From Octopus vulgaris (lineage: Eukaryota), in assembly GCA_951406725.2 (NCBI GenBank), contig OX597832.1, positions 9,982,001-10,046,000 on the forward strand: a DNA stretch of 64,000 nt, given 5' to 3'. The notes under the pieces are model-generated. The model was not told the origin of the DNA. It searched no databases and was given only the letters and a program-made list of their open reading frames with translations. Positions 59,455 to 64,000 of the stretch are shown in pieces (the stretch's first letter is position 1; each line of letters begins with the position of its first letter). The translations under genes were made by a program, and so were the position numbers.

Positions 59455-60052
59455 ATGGTAACTCTAATACATCATAGAGCTCCCCATCAGCTGCATAATA
59501 ACTCACCGGTTCATTCGCCTTTAATCTCAGCCTCGTATGCACCCTGGGTACAAGTTGTGTAATTGTATTAAAGAAAACCACAGGATTGATTACAATCACA
59601 ATACAAAACATACCCATACTCTACCAACCTACGACACCCATTTTGTCATTCCGATTCTGATTCCTTTCTCTCGTCGACATTTTCAATATCCCTATCTCTA
59701 TCTTAGTTAAGATGAATTCGTGTCTGTGGGTGTGGAGTTATCTACCTCTCTCTCCTACACTCTCCATCATTTATCACTTTGTCATTCTTCACCTTTCGTC
59801 GTGTCATTATAATCCTCTCAGCTTCAGCTATAGCAGTGCTGTTTCTATTCAGTTCTTTGCTTCAAAGAAACAAAACCTGCTTTGAAATGCTGGCTTCATT
59901 TCAAATCTAATAATTGTATCAGCATTTAGAAATCCCAAATCACTCCAAAGGCAATATAAGGCAGTCAAATGCTGCTTTGCTATTTGATAATTGCCCCTAA
60001 GGTCTTAGATTACGTTGATATGTTTTCTTTAACTTCTGTATTCTGCTGGACA

Positions 60053-60597
<545 letters not shown>

Positions 60598-61269
60598 TTC
60601 TCACAACAGGAATGAGTAGTTATTAATACACATCATCCTTTCTTCAGTTACTCATTTCAACGTGTGCTGTTGTGATCTCTGGCGCCAGAAATCTTACAAC
60701 AGATTTAATATTCCTTTGGCTTTTCCTTCCGATTGGCATTTGGTGAACTGCATTAGCGTACAAAATTAAAAATATGTGGATTCTAAATGCTTCTTCGTTG
60801 GTCATAATCCGTATCTGAGAAGTATTTAACTTGGTGAAAGCAAAAATATAATTTCTGTTCAGTAACGTATTTCTGTTCAGTATATCTACTCCAAAATTTA
60901 GAAATGAAAACTAATTAACAAAGACACTGAATAGAAAAAAACCCCAGTATAATGGTAACGCATATTATGTTATATTTTCGCGATTTGTACACCATAATTT
61001 TCAGCTGCTTTCAATATTTAAGTTTACGAAAGGGGATTATAAATTTTACTTTTTCAATAACAACACAACGAACTCAATATGTCTGTTACATATGCTAAGG
61101 TAGAACATAATGCTCATGTGAATTGCAGCAATATAATTCCTTTGAATTAAAAAATAAATGTATTGCTCTACATAACATTCAAGGGGCCTGTGTTAATGCT
61201 TATTGTGATGTACGCATGATAGTAACATTGTGGTTTCGATTCCCGGAAAGTGAGAAAATTTAATTCGGT

Positions 61270-61302
<33 letters not shown>

Positions 61303-61324
61303 TTGTGTGTGTGTATATATATAT

Positions 61325-61835
<511 letters not shown>

Positions 61836-64000
61836 GGATAGATAGATAGATAAATATATAGATAGATAGATATGCATGTAGTATTGTTACAATATATCGT
61901 AGTGTTTTGTCGCCATCTCAAACCGAATTTAGAGACAACACAATGACCTTTAAACTCTGCTATTTTGGTCAGCTATTGGAGCTAATCCTGAAATTATACA
62001 TTGTTTCTTAAGATAAGTCGTTTCTTCGGTTTAATTAGGTTGCAGGCTAAGTAGTGATGGTGAGTTGTTACGGGAAAATGTGTATATTTATTAAATTTGG
62101 AATTGAGCTATTGCTCAGAATTGAGTTTTCTGGAATTTAATCTTTTGTGTTGAGAAAGGAGATGACAATGTTCAGTGTTTGCAATGTGAACTTTATGGAT
62201 TCACAATATAATGTAATTGGTATAGAGTAGTTGACCTGAAATTTCTTTACCACTCGTTGATATTATTTAGAGTATTTCACCTTTCTGTGTTTGGAAGGTG
62301 GAGGTTATTATTCGGGTATGTCATTTTGTTCTTAGTATAGAAATTTGTTCTCTCTTGCTTCCTTTTCACAAAAGGTGTAGAGATAGTTGGTAGGTATATT
62401 TATCGCTAGAGATTAATTTTTTTATTCAAACTATTTGATTAATACGAAAGTTTTAACCATCGTGTTTATATGGAGATAGAGTTTGTAGGAGATATCATTA
62501 AACTGTTTCTTCAATCCGGTGTCAAACGTCGGTACATTATTTTGTACTGCTTTGTGTCAACGGATACATTCGAAAGCGAGGCATTTAAGACGTGTGCATA
62601 TAACGATTTGTAAAACTAGGTAACATTTTTAAAACTTCATTTCTAACTTCAAATATTTAATCTTGGATTTAATATCCTTGTTTCTGTCATATACAATGCG
62701 ACGTGAAACAAATATTTGCTTATTTATCGTGAATACATCTAGGAAGGTTCGGGCACAAAAATTGCTAATCGCTGTCAGGTGCAAAAAATTGTCTATATTA
62801 AGAAGATAATGCGTTCAATTTACTCAGCTTACTGCTGCATAACATCCTGGCACACCGTTATTTTTGACGTGTTGTCTCATCAGAAAGAAGAACCATGTAC
62901 TTTTGGGTCTAGCCAAGCAGCGCATGTTTAAAATTTCATCGAACAATTTGTTGCCGATCGCTGTTTATATCTGCCGGCTGATATGAAATCCTCATATACG
63001 CCATTTATAGTGAGGTGTAGAACAGAAATTTAACTAAATCTCCTACTAACAACATGAATGTGTTAGCTAAATTCGCCTGGAATTACATGTATTCTCAATA
63101 GTTTCCACTTATTATACTGTGTTATAATCTTGCAACACAGATATTGGTTAGATTTTGAGTCAATTCTCATACATTTATATTAGTATCAAAATGGCTTAAG
63201 GTAACGTATGCATATAGTTATAATATAGAGATATTGAAAAGGCATATAAAGTCAATAGAGATATATGTAACCTGATAATCACATGTGATTATAATAGAAA
63301 ATATATTTCTGAGAAACACCACTAAGAATTCAAGCATAGGATTGTATTTATTCAAACAGATATTCATTACATTTCACACAAACTTTGAAGCAGCGATCGG
63401 AAAATTCGATATCGATCTATGTAAGGGAAATCTATTGAATATTTATCAAACGAAAAGCGTGAAATTAGACATATTCAAGGCTGCAATATCTTTTAAGTTA
63501 CAGTAAGTTGGAAAGAGATATAGAATTTAATTAACTGTAAAAGAATACGCCACAATATTTACATAGGTATCTAGAAATAACTGTATAAATCGTTATTGTC
63601 CATGTATTAATTTAACTCGAGGTGTAGCAGTTTATAATCGTATAAGCATACACACATTATATTTATGATTGTTAAAAGGAATTATTTCTAATATCTGTTG
63701 TTTTTATTTTTTCACAGATCAGTGTATGTCACTCCACATGTTGAGACAACTTGGCCATATACTGGAAAAAATTATTTGCAAGTGTTGAACAGATACTGAA
63801 AATTGCAGATAAAAATATGATGTGAACGGGTTCGTTGCCTTTCACACAAAATGAGAGCCAAATCCATGATCACATTCTCAGCACAATTTTTGCATCACAA
63901 CCATCCACAAATCAGATATGATATGACCAGATAAACTGTAGTGTGTTGCATAAGTGCGTAGAGCACATGAAAGATCGGGATGTTTTTTCATGGAATTGGA

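Noticed and set aside
61900-63000. Possible Penelope N-terminal remnant on the minus strand, and a CUGAUGA-gac/guc motif near 62860-62885
   Set aside because: Protein similarity is too weak to support by eye. The RNA motif has AAAA instead of GAAA and lacks stems I and III.
63700-64000. Polypyrimidine tract plus CAG resembling a splice acceptor at about 63717
   Set aside because: All three frames close within about 80 nt and no convincing donor is visible; it would need RNA-seq support.

Overview
AT-rich, microsatellite-saturated eukaryotic DNA. The SINE and microsatellite content looks like an Octopus (coleoid cephalopod) genome; this is an inference. I see no intact host protein-coding gene, rRNA, tRNA or CRISPR array, and most ORFs in the supplied track are translated microsatellites or SINEs. 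The window is mostly decayed mobile elements: at least six R4/Dong-type RLE retrotransposon fragments (several abutting (TAA)n arrays), a Penelope-like (probably Naiad-type) RT remnant, a Tx1/L1 RT remnant, two Helitron helicase remnants, one complete non-autonomous Helitron, two Tc1/IS630-like transposase remnants, three SINE families and several foldback structures. The most interesting signal is a set of five type I hammerhead ribozyme motifs (two with intact cores, three degenerate) with palindromic stem III. They sit in short non-coding, often inverted-repeat elements embedded in (TA)n arrays, consistent with non-autonomous Penelope pLTR/retrozyme-like elements. Family assignments come from motifs recognised by eye, and boundaries of degenerate elements are approximate.
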